From positions 1,504,001 to 1,568,000 of the forward strand of contig CBDBLO010000002.1 in NCBI GenBank assembly GCA_965207075.1: 64,000 bases of DNA, in the 5' to 3' direction. Shown here piece by piece: positions 48,878-59,110 of the stretch. A model generated the notes under the pieces. The model had not been told where the DNA came from, searched no databases, and saw only the letters and a program-made list of their open reading frames with translations. The position numbers were made by a program, and so were the translations under genes. Within the stretch, counting starts at the first letter, position 1. The number at the start of each line of letters is the position of its first letter. The DNA is from Nitrosopumilus sp. Its GTDB lineage: Archaea > Thermoproteota > Nitrososphaeria > Nitrososphaerales > Nitrosopumilaceae.

Positions 48878-51229
48878 TCAGCGGCAGACGAGCACTGCCG
48901 GCGTCTCCAAAGAGGGCTGCTGAACCCACGCATAGGAGCCGTCAGGGGAGGACCTGACCGTAAACGTGGTAAATGACAGGGGGGATTCCAGGTCCCCGGC
49001 CTCATTAAGTTGAAAGTCGCCCGTTATCCCGGTTCCCAGGTCGTGGTGACTGTCACGAAGCTGGTGCAGCGGATCCTGAATGTGCCCGTTGGCAACATCG
49101 GCAAAGATGTCCTTTACCGCCGCGTCCGTTGCAAAGGAGGTGATCACGGCGTCGCCGAGAATGTGTACGGCGTCATATGAAGTATGCAGGTACGGGCTGG
49201 GTGCTATGTCCGGATCCAGCCGCCTGAGCTGCTCGGTCAGGTGGTCCGTCTCGCCCGTCCCCGGGACGTGATATATCGAGCTAGTCAGGCCCACCGACTC
49301 AGCAAAGGCCGCCACGTCGGAGGCCAAAATGATGGAGGTGGAGGTCGTAATGCCGCCCGTGCCGTACCATGTTACCGTCCCGGCGTCGTCAAGGCCGGCG
49401 TCGGCCAGAATGGCCCTCACCAGATCTATAAAGTCCGCGTGAAACCCAACAAACAGGACGGCGATTCCGTCGGGACCCGCGCCCGGCGTTGCGTCCAAGG
49501 CGCCCTCCAGCTGCCGCGCGAGGCCGGCAAAGTCCACCGTGCCTATGTCGGCGCTGTACGTGACGGTGCCCGACACGGTTCCGGTGTAACTGTCGCGAAA
49601 CGCAGACACCATGTCGCGCCCCCACACGTCATCGCGCTGCACTATAACGACGTGCGTCTTGCCGTCGTCCGCAAGCGTCTGGGCTATGAACGGGGCCTGC
49701 TTTCTGTCGTCCGGAACGAGGCGGAAGAGGCTGTCACCGGGTATCGCCAGCTCGGGCGCGGTGGAGGACGGCGAGACCATGACAAGATCGTTGCTGTCGG
49801 CGTAGGGCAGCAGGGCCTTGGCGGCCGCGCTGGTGGTAGGCCCCACAAAGTAGTCGATCTGCTTGTTGACGTGCGCATCGGTTATCGCCGCCACGGGGTC
49901 GTCGTCTATCACGACCGGGGTCACAGTTACCTTGTAACCGCTGCCAAGCTCCAGCTGCTCCAGGTTGAAGTCGTTGGCGCCTATCTCCATGGCCTTTTGG
50001 CGGTTGACGTCGTTAAACGAGTCGGGATCAAGTAGGAGCAACATGCCTATCGTGATCTCGGCCTGGAGGAATCGATCCCACATGAACGTGCCGTCGTCCT
50101 CCTGCACGACCCGGTACGCCGTAAACGCGCTGGGCTCCCTGAGGTCCCCGGTAGCGTCCAGCCGGTAGTCGCCCAGGGCCCCCACGTGCCTGTCGGCGAC
50201 GTCGATAAAGCTGGCCGCTACACGCACGGGATCGTCGGCCCCGACGTGTTTGATGGCCTCCCCGATGATGCGAGCCGCGTCATAAGAGGTATAGACGTAC
50301 TGGTTGATCTCTCCGCGCACCCTGGAGGCGAGCCTGTCCTTGACGGACTTTGTAAGGTCCGACTCGGAGATGAAGAATATGGTTGCCGTCAGGTCCACCC
50401 TGTTGGCAAGCGGGCCCGCCACCTCATGCTCCACGATCAAGGGCTTGTTTGCCACCCCGTCGGCGCCGTACCACCTCACGTCAATCACGCTGTCCAGCGC
50501 CGGATCCTCGGACACCGCCTCAAACATGCGGATCAGATCACGCTCAAATCCCAGGTATAGCACGGCCGTGTTTATGTCCCGCGCCGTAAACGCATCCAGC
50601 GCGGCCTTTAGGTCCGCGGCCACCTGCGCGTGATCCTCCGCGGTATGGTCAAAGGGTATGCTGACAAACGTCACCTCGCCGTAATTTGCAGGAATGCCCT
50701 CGGCCAGTCCGCGTCCCCAGGCGTCGTCCCGGTATACCGTAACAATGTGCGTCTTCTCGTCTCCCCTTAGGATCTCGGCAACAAACGGGGCCTGCTTGGC
50801 GTCGGAGGGCGCGAGTCTAAACGTGGTGTCGCCCGCTATTGCAAGGCGCGCCGCCGTGGACGACGGCGACACTATAAGGATGTCGTTGTCGTCTGCGTAT
50901 TCGCGGACCAGCTCTACATTGCCGCTTCCCGTCGGCCCCACGTAGTATCTTGGCCCGTTGCCGTTGTCGTACGCCTGCTGCAGCGCGGCCAGCGGATCGT
51001 CTCCCAGGGAGTAGCTCGTGATGCTCAGCCTGTAGTCGGCGTTGGCCGCGTTAAAATCATCGACGGCGAGCTTCATGGCCTCGAACCGGTCGGCGTTGCT
51101 CGGCGCCTGTGTGAGGAGGGCACCTATCTCCACGGTAGTGGTCTGGGCATGCGCGTCATCCGTAGGAGTCACGAGCAGCAGAGGGATCGCAACGAGTGCC
51201 AAGAGTCCGATAACGGGCGCGCTCCGCAT
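48878..51229 (-). CDS. Secreted tandem type-1 periplasmic binding protein (LivJ/branched-chain amino acid-like), two domains
   Basis: Signal peptide (..AHA|Q). The motif set VGP..S / VSPSSTA..LAI.GD..FRL.P.D.KQAP / RDD.WGR / YDA occurs twice. Confidence 0.88.
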   Translation of the reverse strand: MRSAPVIGLLALVAIPLLLVTPTDDAHAQTTTVEIGALLTQAPSNADRFEAMKLAVDDFNAANADYRLSITSYSLGDDPLAALQQAYDNGNGPRYYVGPTGSGNVELVREYADDNDILIVSPSSTAARLAIAGDTTFRLAPSDAKQAPFVAEILRGDEKTHIVTVYRDDAWGRGLAEGIPANYGEVTFVSIPFDHTAEDHAQVAADLKAALDAFTARDINTAVLYLGFERDLIRMFEAVSEDPALDSVIDVRWYGADGVANKPLIVEHEVAGPLANRVDLTATIFFISESDLTKSVKDRLASRVRGEINQYVYTSYDAARIIGEAIKHVGADDPVRVAASFIDVADRHVGALGDYRLDATGDLREPSAFTAYRVVQEDDGTFMWDRFLQAEITIGMLLLLDPDSFNDVNRQKAMEIGANDFNLEQLELGSGYKVTVTPVVIDDDPVAAITDAHVNKQIDYFVGPTTSAAAKALLPYADSNDLVMVSPSSTAPELAIPGDSLFRLVPDDRKQAPFIAQTLADDGKTHVVIVQRDDVWGRDMVSAFRDSYTGTVSGTVTYSADIGTVDFAGLARQLEGALDATPGAGPDGIAVLFVGFHADFIDLVRAILADAGLDDAGTVTWYGTGGITTSTSIILASDVAAFAESVGLTSSIYHVPGTGETDHLTEQLRRLDPDIAPSPYLHTSYDAVHILGDAVITSFATDAAVKDIFADVANGHIQDPLHQLRDSHHDLGTGITGDFQLNEAGDLESPLSFTTFTVRSSPDGSYAWVQQPSLETPAVLVCR

Positions 51230-51534
51230 GTATGCCCGCGTATGTGAAAATTTTATAAAACTATTGGCAAGGGTTCCGCCTCCCGACCCGACCCGCGCAC
51301 GCCCGGGGTCCCTGCGGGCGGCGACATGGCGCGCCCATGGGAGCAGCGAGGGCAGGGTTGGCAGGAGCGGGGAGGGGAGCCAACTCGGTCACATATGGAG
51401 CGGCGCCAAGGATCAAAATCATAAAATAACTCGCAGGAGCCGTGTGGATCGGATTGTACAGGACATGCGCGGTGGCCCGTAATGCGTGCTCGGACTGCAG
51501 TGGTTTGCGCCGCGCCGGGGACAGGTGACACGGC

Positions 51535-52611
51535 ACGAGGATAATACTTTGCGGGTTTGGCGTGGTGGGGCAGAGCCTTGCAAGACTGTTCGAGTCAAGG
51601 GCCGACGACCTGTACATCGGGTACGGGCTAAAGCCGCGCATAGTGGCGGTGTCCGACAAAGGCGGCATGGCGTGCGACACGACGGGCCTGGACTGCGCGA
51701 GGCTCGTCAGAGCAAAGGAGCAGAAGGGGACGGTCGCGGCGTACGGCGGCGGTTCCAGCGGCAGGGACGGCGGGGCCCCGGGCAGCAACAGCAGCAACAG
51801 CAGCAACAGCAGCCCTACCGTCGCAGAGATGGCCGAGGCCGTATCCGGCGCGGACGTGCTTGTGGAGACCACCCCTAGCAATTACAAGGACGCCGAACCC
51901 GGCATGTCCAACATTACGGACGCAATGAAGAGGCGCATGCACGTGGTCTCGGTCAACAAGGGCCCCCTCGCGCTCGCGTTTCCGTCCCTAAACGAGCTCG
52001 CAGCGTACAACCGCGTAATGTTCAGGTTCAGCGGGACGGTGGGGGGCGGGACCCCGATACTCGACTATGCAAAGAACAGCCTGAGCGGGGAGCGCATAAC
52101 CTCATTTAGCGGCATACTCAACGGCACCACGAACTACATACTTTCTGCAATGGCAGAAGGCATGTCGCCAAAGGCCGCGCTGCAGGACGCGCGCAGCAAA
52201 GGGTACGTGGAGGCCGACGAGTCGCTTGATCTGGACGGCCTGGACGCGGCCGCAAAGCTGGTCATACTTGCAAACTGGGTCATGGGCATGAAGGTTACCA
52301 TGCCGGACGTGAGCTGCACCGGAATCCGCGGCGTCACGTCGGCAGACATCAAGAGGGCCGCAAAGAAGAACAGGGTCGTAAAGATGACGGCCGCCTGCGG
52401 CAACGACGCGCTGACGGTGGCGCCCGTTGCCATACCAAGGGACGATCCACTCTGCGTAAACGGCACGCTGAACGCGATATCGTTCACGTCGGAGCACTCG
52501 GGGACCCAGACCATAATAGGGCGCGGCGCCGGCGGGACGGAGACGGCAAGCGCCATACTCCGGGACCTGCTGTACATAAGGCAGGGCATCACCTCGGGGG
52601 CGTACGGTTGA
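51535..52611 (+). CDS. hom: Homoserine dehydrogenase (start position reads ACG)
   Basis: RIILCGFGVVG Rossmann motif, NKGP, TVGGG.P, GILNGTTNYIL, G.DAAAK..ILAN and GAGG.ETA.A motifs. Confidence 0.92.
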   Translation, partial: TRIILCGFGVVGQSLARLFESRADDLYIGYGLKPRIVAVSDKGGMACDTTGLDCARLVRAKEQKGTVAAYGGGSSGRDGGAPGSNSSNSSNSSPTVAEMAEAVSGADVLVETTPSNYKDAEPGMSNITDAMKRRMHVVSVNKGPLALAFPSLNELAAYNRVMFRFSGTVGGGTPILDYAKNSLSGERITSFSGILNGTTNYILSAMAEGMSPKAALQDARSKGYVEADESLDLDGLDAAAKLVILANWVMGMKVTMPDVSCTGIRGVTSADIKRAAKKNRVVKMTAACGNDALTVAPVAIPRDDPLCVNGTLNAISFTSEHSGTQTIIGRGAGGTETASAILRDLLYIRQGITSGAYG

Positions 52612-53102
52612 AAAGATCGAACCTCGTATCAAAAAGCGAGACGGCGGCGATACTGGGCAGGATATCGGCCGAGTGGAAGGGCGCGTTTGCACCCGTACCC
52701 AAGATAAAGAACCTCAGGGTGCACGCACTTGAAGACGGCTCCCAGATAGTCACGGGCCCCGGCACCAGGATCGCAAGGACCAGGGACGGCCGCTACCTGC
52801 CACTCCTCACGGAGACCGGGCTGCTTGAGAGGTTCCCGCACGTTGTAGTCGACATGGGGGCCGTGCGGTTCGTATGCAAGGGGGCCAACCTGATGAGGCC
52901 CGGAATCACCAAGTTCGGGGAGTTTGAGAAAGGCGACATTGTCTGCATACGCGACGAGTCGCAGGGCAAGTATCTGGCAGTCGGGGTGGCAACAGCGTCA
53001 AGCAGTGACGCCGAGGCTGCCGAAAAGGGAGAGGTGTTAAAGAACCTCCACTACGTATCAGACGCGGTGTGGGAGGCCGCAAAGGAGATACGCGAGCAGT
53101 GA
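52608..53102 (+). CDS. PUA-domain RNA-binding protein (MCT-1/Tma20-like)
   Basis: VVVDMGAVRFVCKGANLMRPGI..KG....LHYVSD..W. Confidence 0.9.
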   Translation: MKRSNLVSKSETAAILGRISAEWKGAFAPVPKIKNLRVHALEDGSQIVTGPGTRIARTRDGRYLPLLTETGLLERFPHVVVDMGAVRFVCKGANLMRPGITKFGEFEKGDIVCIRDESQGKYLAVGVATASSSDAEAAEKGEVLKNLHYVSDAVWEAAKEIREQ

Positions 53103-53232
53103 CGCCGGGCCCCCATGGGGAGCAAGACGTGTTTTACCAAACCTGCAGCGATGGTCCGCGCCAGCGCCCCCTCCGTCGTCTCATAATTGCCCTGCACCTG
53201 ATCCCGGGCCGCCTTTTGCGCCCAAGGGGGCG

Positions 53233-53880
53233 CTATACAGTCGCGGTGCCACTGCCGGCGGCGGCGGTAGCGGTAGCGGTGGCAAGATTAACGCCCTCGG
53301 AGAGCGTCTCTATCTTTTCACCCGTTATTACCATGATGTCCGTGCCGTCGCCGCTCGCAGCATCGCGCATGGACGCAGAGGCGACGGCCTTTTTGGCAAG
53401 CGACACGGCCTCGTCCCTTGACATGTTGGGCTTGAACTGCGGGTCGAGCACGCCGAGCGCCATCTCGGCCCCCGTTCCGACGGCCGCATAGTCATCGGGC
53501 AGTACCGAGCCCAGCGGATCAAGCGTGTACAGCACGGGCTTGCCGACCACGCCGCCTACGATGACCTGCGTGAGCAGTGGGAAATACCTACGCTCGTACA
53601 TCATGTTTGACATCATCTTGGCAATCGTATTGGTCGGGATGTCCCGCTTGAGTTCCATCTTGCGAATTTTTGCAAGGGCGGAAATCTGCAGGGACAGGAT
53701 CTGCATGTCGGCCACAAGGCCGGCGCACGCGGCCCCGACCCGGGGCGTGATCTCAAAGGTCTTCTTGGTGGACTTGCTTACGAGAAAGTTACCAAATGCA
53801 ACCCTGCGCTCGCTTGCAAGCACCACGCCGCCCTCAAACGTCACGCCAACGGCAGTCGCACCGGGCATGTACATTGACAT
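53233..53880 (-). CDS. psmB: Proteasome beta subunit
   Basis: GATAVG, GVVLASERR, AGLVAD.Q and RDAASGDG motifs. Confidence 0.93.
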   Translation of the reverse strand: MSMYMPGATAVGVTFEGGVVLASERRVAFGNFLVSKSTKKTFEITPRVGAACAGLVADMQILSLQISALAKIRKMELKRDIPTNTIAKMMSNMMYERRYFPLLTQVIVGGVVGKPVLYTLDPLGSVLPDDYAAVGTGAEMALGVLDPQFKPNMSRDEAVSLAKKAVASASMRDAASGDGTDIMVITGEKIETLSEGVNLATATATAAAGSGTATV

Positions 53881-54002
53881 GTATTCTGCACTTTGGGTTC
53901 ATAATTAAAGGGTTTACTAGGATCACTTGCGCGGGGCCCCATCAAGACATTCAGGACCTCTCGTCAATCAGGTTTTTATAGCTAGCAGGCACGTCACACA
54001 CC

Positions 54003-54419
54003 ATGGGAACAGCTGAGATCAAGGACGGAATACTCAATGACGCCGTGTTCATGGGCGTAAGGGCGTCCGTGGGAGTGATATTCATACTGCACGGGATGGG
54101 CAAGTTCAACCCGGGGTTTGCAAACGCGCTGCCAAACATGGGACTTCCGCCGGAGCTGCAGATCCCGATAGCGCTGGCAGAGGTAGTGCCAGGCATACTG
54201 CTCATAATAGGCGTGCTCAGCAGGTTCTCCGGGGCGCTGCTGGCGATTGTAATGATGGGCGCCATATTCCACGTAAAGGGGGCCCAGAGCATGACGGGCG
54301 ACAGAGGGGTCGAGTTTGACGTCATACTGCTTGCCGCATCGCTGCTCATAATGGTTGCAGGCCCCGGAAGGATTGCAATAGCCCAGGCCGCAAGGCGCAT
54401 TCCGAGGATACTGCACTAG
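54003..54419 (+). CDS. DoxX family membrane protein
   Basis: FILHG..K, AE...G.LL..G..R and G.E....L...GPG motifs. Confidence 0.9.
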   Translation: MGTAEIKDGILNDAVFMGVRASVGVIFILHGMGKFNPGFANALPNMGLPPELQIPIALAEVVPGILLIIGVLSRFSGALLAIVMMGAIFHVKGAQSMTGDRGVEFDVILLAASLLIMVAGPGRIAIAQAARRIPRILH

Positions 54420-54465
54420 ACGCGGGCCGCCCGTATAGCGGCAGCCTTTTACCTACACGCGTCTG

Positions 54466-55998
54466 TCAGCCCTGCCTGCCGAACATGTCCATTATCCGGC
54501 ACATGCAGGCGGCGGTCTTTTTGAGCAGATCTATGCGCGCAAACTCGTTTGGCGAGTGGATTTTAGAGAACACGTACGTGCCGCCCACCGAGACGCACGG
54601 GGCCCCCAGCGCCTTCTGGAAGGCGTGCATGGGCCCCGTGGCGGGGTTCGATATGCACACCACGGGCTCGGAGCCAAACGATGCCGACGCGGCGTCGCGC
54701 ACGTGCCGTACAAGCTGCTCCGACGGGTCCGTCCGCGCGGCCGCCTCGTGGTGAAGAATCCTGGCCTGCACGTCTGCAAAGCCGTTTGCCTCCAGATGCC
54801 TTGTTATGAGGCCAAACTGCCTTGAGGGCACCATGTCCGGCACCAGCCTAAAGTCAAGCTTCGCAACAGCAACTGCGGGCAGCACGGTCTTGGCGCCGCG
54901 ACCCGAATAGCCTGAGGATATGCCCGCAATGTTGCAGGTGGCCGCGCCCGCAAGCGCCTTTTTGGCCCCGAGCCCCCGCAGTCCCCCAACAAAGCCGTCC
55001 ACGCCGTACTCCTTCCTGAAGGACACCTCGTCGAACTCCTCGGCCTCAAGCAGCCGGACGTCGCGGGCAGTGAGCCTCCGGACGTCGTCGTACCAGCCCG
55101 ATATGGTGATGCGGCCGTCGGCCCTGCGCATGGTGTTTAGCGCCTCGACTATGCGCCACGCGGGGTTCTTTATCAGGACCGCCAAACTGGAGTGCGCGTC
55201 CCTGGAAGGCCCCCTGGCCGTCAGCTCGACGTACAAGAGCCCCTTCATGCCCAGCCCGACTATGGGGCGGCCGCGCGGGTCCACGTATCCAAACTCCCAT
55301 ATGACGCCGTCGCACGCAAACTTCCTGCGGTACCGTGACAGGTACCGCGGGAGGTGCCCGCTGCCAATCTCCTCCTCCCCCTCTATGACGAACTTTATGT
55401 TGCACGGCACGTCCCCGGTCTCCCGGATGTACGAGCCCACCGCCCGGATTCTCGCGGCGATCTCGCCCTTGTCGTCTATCGCGCCGCGCCCGTACACACG
55501 GTTTCCGCGCCGGACGGCGTCAAACGGGCCGTACCGCCACAGCTCGACAGGCTCCTCGGGCTGCACGTCATAGTGGTTGTAGAACAAGAGGGTCTTGCCG
55601 GGGTTCGACTCCGAGCGCCTCTCGGCATACACCACCGGCGGCGGCGACGGCGACGACGACGGCGATAGCCCGGCGCGGGTCCCGGACGCGCGCCCTCCGC
55701 CCGGCTTCAGGTACAGCACCTCGGAGTCAAGTCCCGCGTCCTCAAGCATCGAGCCCAGCAGGAGGGCGCACTCCTCGAGTCCCTCGCCCCTCGCAGAGAC
55801 GCTCGGCTGCCTGATCATCTTTTGAAGGTCCAAGACCATCCTCTCGGTGTCAGCGGCAACCCCGGACAGGGCGGCCTCAAGTCCGGAACCCTTGGCGCGG
55901 CCGTTGCTGCCGTCGGCGGCATCCGCGGTTGTGGCGCCGGCACGGCCGCTGCCGCGTGCAGCGCGCCGTCTTTGCGAGCCGTGCACCTTGCGCGCCAT
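54466..55998 (-). CDS. M20/M25/M40 metallopeptidase (dipeptidase-like)
   Basis: YNHYDVQP, GRGAIDDKG, EGEEEIGS and HSPNE motifs. Confidence 0.92.
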   Translation of the reverse strand: MARKVHGSQRRRAARGSGRAGATTADAADGSNGRAKGSGLEAALSGVAADTERMVLDLQKMIRQPSVSARGEGLEECALLLGSMLEDAGLDSEVLYLKPGGGRASGTRAGLSPSSSPSPPPVVYAERRSESNPGKTLLFYNHYDVQPEEPVELWRYGPFDAVRRGNRVYGRGAIDDKGEIAARIRAVGSYIRETGDVPCNIKFVIEGEEEIGSGHLPRYLSRYRRKFACDGVIWEFGYVDPRGRPIVGLGMKGLLYVELTARGPSRDAHSSLAVLIKNPAWRIVEALNTMRRADGRITISGWYDDVRRLTARDVRLLEAEEFDEVSFRKEYGVDGFVGGLRGLGAKKALAGAATCNIAGISSGYSGRGAKTVLPAVAVAKLDFRLVPDMVPSRQFGLITRHLEANGFADVQARILHHEAAARTDPSEQLVRHVRDAASASFGSEPVVCISNPATGPMHAFQKALGAPCVSVGGTYVFSKIHSPNEFARIDLLKKTAACMCRIMDMFGRQG

Positions 55999-56921
55999 CA
56001 GGCGCCATCCCCGCCGCCGGCATCCCCGGACTCCGCGCGCCCGCGCGCGTCAATCCGGTCATACTCAAAGACGGCCGCGGGAATCGCCTCGACCAGGTCG
56101 CTTGCCAGCAGGTGGTGGCCCCGCCCGGACGCGGCAATCTCGCCTGCGCGCCCGTTGGTGTATGCGGCGGCTACCGCGGCCTGCATCGGGTTCCTGCACG
56201 TGGCAAGCGCCCCGGCGGCCACGCCTGCCAGGACGTCGCCCGTTCCGCCCACCGTCATTCCGGGCACGCCCGTGCTGCACAGGCAGGTGCCGGTACCGTC
56301 GGATATGACGTCCGTGCGCCCCTTTAGGAGTACCGTGACGCGGTGATCAGAGGCGTGCTCAGATACGACGCGTATTCTCGAATCCATGTCAGACGCCGGG
56401 GGCACCGCTACGCCAAAGAGGTGCTCAAACTCGCCGGGATGCGGCGTGACGATACAGTTGGAACCGGGCAGCAGGGGCAGCACGTCCGGTACGAGCGCCG
56501 ACGCGTCAAGGACCAGACGCACGTCCATCTCGATCAGCGACTTTACAAGTTTCAGCAGCGCCCCGCGCTCGGCCACGGCGAGCCCCATTCCAATCGCGGC
56601 GGAATCGAGCCCCACGGGCAGCATCCCGAGAAGCTTCGTGGCAGAGCCTCGGGTCAGCTTGGCATCGGCCATCGGCACCACAATCAGGTCGGGTGACGCC
56701 GCCCTGGTGGCTGACACGTTATGCTTTGGCACCGCCGTGTACACCAGGTCGGAGCCGAACCTCAGGGCCGCGAGGGATGACAGTATCGGGGCCCCGTGGT
56801 ACAGGTAGCTGCCGCCCACCACGAGGGTCTTGCCGTTCTGCCCCTTGCGCGAGTTCTCGTCCCGGGCAGGGAAGAGCGCAGAGGCGTCGGTTCCGGACGT
56901 GACGACCGGCACGCCGTACAT
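55998..56921 (-). CDS. nnrD: ADP-dependent NAD(P)H-hydrate dehydratase
   Basis: KG.NG...VGGS..Y.GAP, DASAL, TPHPGEF, LKG..D and GGTGDVLAG motifs. Start uncertain (up to 56975). Confidence 0.92.
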   Translation of the reverse strand: MYGVPVVTSGTDASALFPARDENSRKGQNGKTLVVGGSYLYHGAPILSSLAALRFGSDLVYTAVPKHNVSATRAASPDLIVVPMADAKLTRGSATKLLGMLPVGLDSAAIGMGLAVAERGALLKLVKSLIEMDVRLVLDASALVPDVLPLLPGSNCIVTPHPGEFEHLFGVAVPPASDMDSRIRVVSEHASDHRVTVLLKGRTDVISDGTGTCLCSTGVPGMTVGGTGDVLAGVAAGALATCRNPMQAAVAAAYTNGRAGEIAASGRGHHLLASDLVEAIPAAVFEYDRIDARGRAESGDAGGGDGA

Positions 56922-57079
56922 CGTTTCCCCGATGCGTGAGAGATCAAAGCCTGTTGGCAACACGCATGGGCGCATCGCGGGGAAATAAATTTCTGTTCAA
57001 TCTCGCGGCGCGGGCGCGCTGCCAGAAGGGGCCAGTCGTGCAACCGTGCAGGATGAACGGTCCGGGGGGAGGGGCGCCA

Positions 57080-58165
57080 TCACGCTGCCTTGGGTTTTTT
57101 CGCAGGCGCGGCCTTTCTTGAGGCCGGGGAGCCCTTTGGTGACGCTGTGCGCCCACCCTTTCTGGATCTTGGCGGATCGGGTTTTTTCGTGGCGCGGCGC
57201 GCCTTGGCAGAGGGCTTTGCGCGGGCAGTGTCGGTGGCGCCGGCGGTGGCAGAAGGGTTGTCGCCGTCGCCCCCGCGGCCGTCACTGCCGTCGTCGTCGT
57301 TGCCGCGATCGGCGGCGATGGCGCCATGCGCGTCCGCGTCCCTCTCAAAATAGGCCTTGCGCGCAAAGCACAGGTACGTGGTGTGCCCTATGCCCTGGAA
57401 GGAGTGACGCGTCTTGCCCTGCCGGGCCTCTATATTGCGCAGTATGAGTTCGGTGGACTCGATGTCGGTAAACTCGTTCTCGACAAGCGACGCGGAGAGC
57501 TTCTCAAGCTGGTTCATGGTGGGGCATACTGCAAACACGCAGCCGCTGCCCCGCAGCATGCGCCTGACCTGGGGCAGCACCCCCCACGGATCACCCACGT
57601 CTATCAGCGCCACGTCGGCGCCGGATACGGGCAGTTCGGTGGCAGGGGCGCCGCCGTCACTGCCTGCATCATCCGTCACGTCCAGCTCCTTTATGTCCAG
57701 GTTCTGAAGCGTCACGTACTTTGAGACGCCCGCGCGGTCGATGTTCTTTTGCGCGATCGCCATGAACTTGGAGTCCACGTCAAAGGAGTAGACGTGCCCC
57801 CGCGGCCGCACCACGTTGGCCACAAACGACGTGAGCGAGCCGCTGCCCGTCCCCACCTCGAGTACCTTCTGCCCGCTGCCAATCCCCGCGCGCGCCACTA
57901 TGTATCCCAGCTCCTTGGGGTACACGATCTGCGTTCCGTGCTGCAGCTTCATGGTATAGTCGTACAGCGTGGGCCGCAGCAGGTAGACGTACTTGGACTT
58001 GTTTGTGGTCAGCCTGGAGCCGTACTCCTTCCCTATTGCGTCAGAGTGCCTCAGCACCCCAATGTGGGTATGGAGCACATCCGCGCGAGCTATGCGCACG
58101 AGCCATTTCTTTGAGCGGTTGTAGTAGAACAGGACGTGCGAGTTCTGCTTTATCTTGTCGGCCAC
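57080..58165 (-). CDS. trmI: tRNA (adenine-N1)-methyltransferase
   Basis: TQIVYPKE, EVGTGSGSLT, D.GDPW and GHT.YL motifs; low-complexity C-terminal tail. Confidence 0.93.
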   Translation of the reverse strand: MADKIKQNSHVLFYYNRSKKWLVRIARADVLHTHIGVLRHSDAIGKEYGSRLTTNKSKYVYLLRPTLYDYTMKLQHGTQIVYPKELGYIVARAGIGSGQKVLEVGTGSGSLTSFVANVVRPRGHVYSFDVDSKFMAIAQKNIDRAGVSKYVTLQNLDIKELDVTDDAGSDGGAPATELPVSGADVALIDVGDPWGVLPQVRRMLRGSGCVFAVCPTMNQLEKLSASLVENEFTDIESTELILRNIEARQGKTRHSFQGIGHTTYLCFARKAYFERDADAHGAIAADRGNDDDGSDGRGGDGDNPSATAGATDTARAKPSAKARRATKKPDPPRSRKGGRTASPKGSPASRKAAPAKKPKAA

Positions 58166-58327
58166 ACATGCGCGGCCGGCGGTTTGGATAATAATCTACT
58201 GTTTGCGCGTGAGGATGCACAAAGCCGGGGGTAGTTCTGGCGCGAAGCAGGCAGAAGGAGGAGAAGCGGAGGCGACGTATGGCGTCCGGGCACGAGCACG
58301 CCGGGGGAAGGTCCCTTGCGCACGCGG

Positions 58328-59047
58328 TCACTGCAAAATGAACATGGTCCACTGGTACCCGCCAGGAGCCGGGACGGCCTCTAGTATAATGTCGGTTCCC
58401 CCGAGCCCCGATATCGTGGACTTTAGCGGCCTTCCGTCCGCGCTGTCCCCCAGCAGGGATTCGGCCTTGGCCATCCACGCCGACACCGACTCGAATCCGC
58501 CGGGCTCTTGCTCGCGCCAGCAGTCGCACACGAGCCCCGCTATCACACCCTCAAATATCGCGTCTGCGTGCCCGCGGCCCGTGCTGATGGGCGGGACGGG
58601 GTCAAGCGCTATGACCGCCACCACCGGGGAGCTTGTGTCGCCGCCCAGGTTGACGTTCCCGACGGTGATGCCGTTTGCGTCCACAATGCCGCTCGTGGTG
58701 CAGTACGAGGTGGACGTCAGCCCGCCGTCGGCCTCGGCGTCATAGTACGCGCAGTACTGGGGTATGGTATGATCCGTGATCGGCGCAGGCTGAGACAGCG
58801 AGAGTCCGCGCGCCTCCAGCTCCGCAGAGACGCGCTCAACGTCATAGTACGTGAAGACCTCGCCAAGGTCTACTTGCTCCTGTTGTTGCGGCGGGGACGT
58901 CGGGGTCAGCAAATCTGACGGGGACGGGGCCGGCTCTTGCGGGGACGCCGGCAACTCCGCTGTCGGGCCGCCGGATGCCAGCAGCCCCGCAAAGGACACC
59001 GCGGCCGCGGCGCCGAGCAGGATGGGCAGCATCAGTATCCTTCGCAT
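58328..59047 (-). CDS. Membrane-anchored hypothetical protein
   Basis: N-terminal hydrophobic anchor; 'QYC..F/Y', 'YCTT' and 'VCDCW' motifs. Confidence 0.7.
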   Translation of the reverse strand: MRRILMLPILLGAAAAVSFAGLLASGGPTAELPASPQEPAPSPSDLLTPTSPPQQQEQVDLGEVFTYYDVERVSAELEARGLSLSQPAPITDHTIPQYCAYYDAEADGGLTSTSYCTTSGIVDANGITVGNVNLGGDTSSPVVAVIALDPVPPISTGRGHADAIFEGVIAGLVCDCWREQEPGGFESVSAWMAKAESLLGDSADGRPLKSTISGLGGTDIILEAVPAPGGYQWTMFILQ

Positions 59048-59110
59048 TATACCATAACTGCACGCGTGCAGAAATAAGGATTTGCCGCAGGCCGGGTCCG
59101 CCGGCTCGCC

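Noticed and set aside
53233-53880. Proteasome beta subunit with GAT instead of GTT as a defect
   Set aside because: Archaea with two beta paralogues commonly have a non-catalytic one, so this is not unusual.
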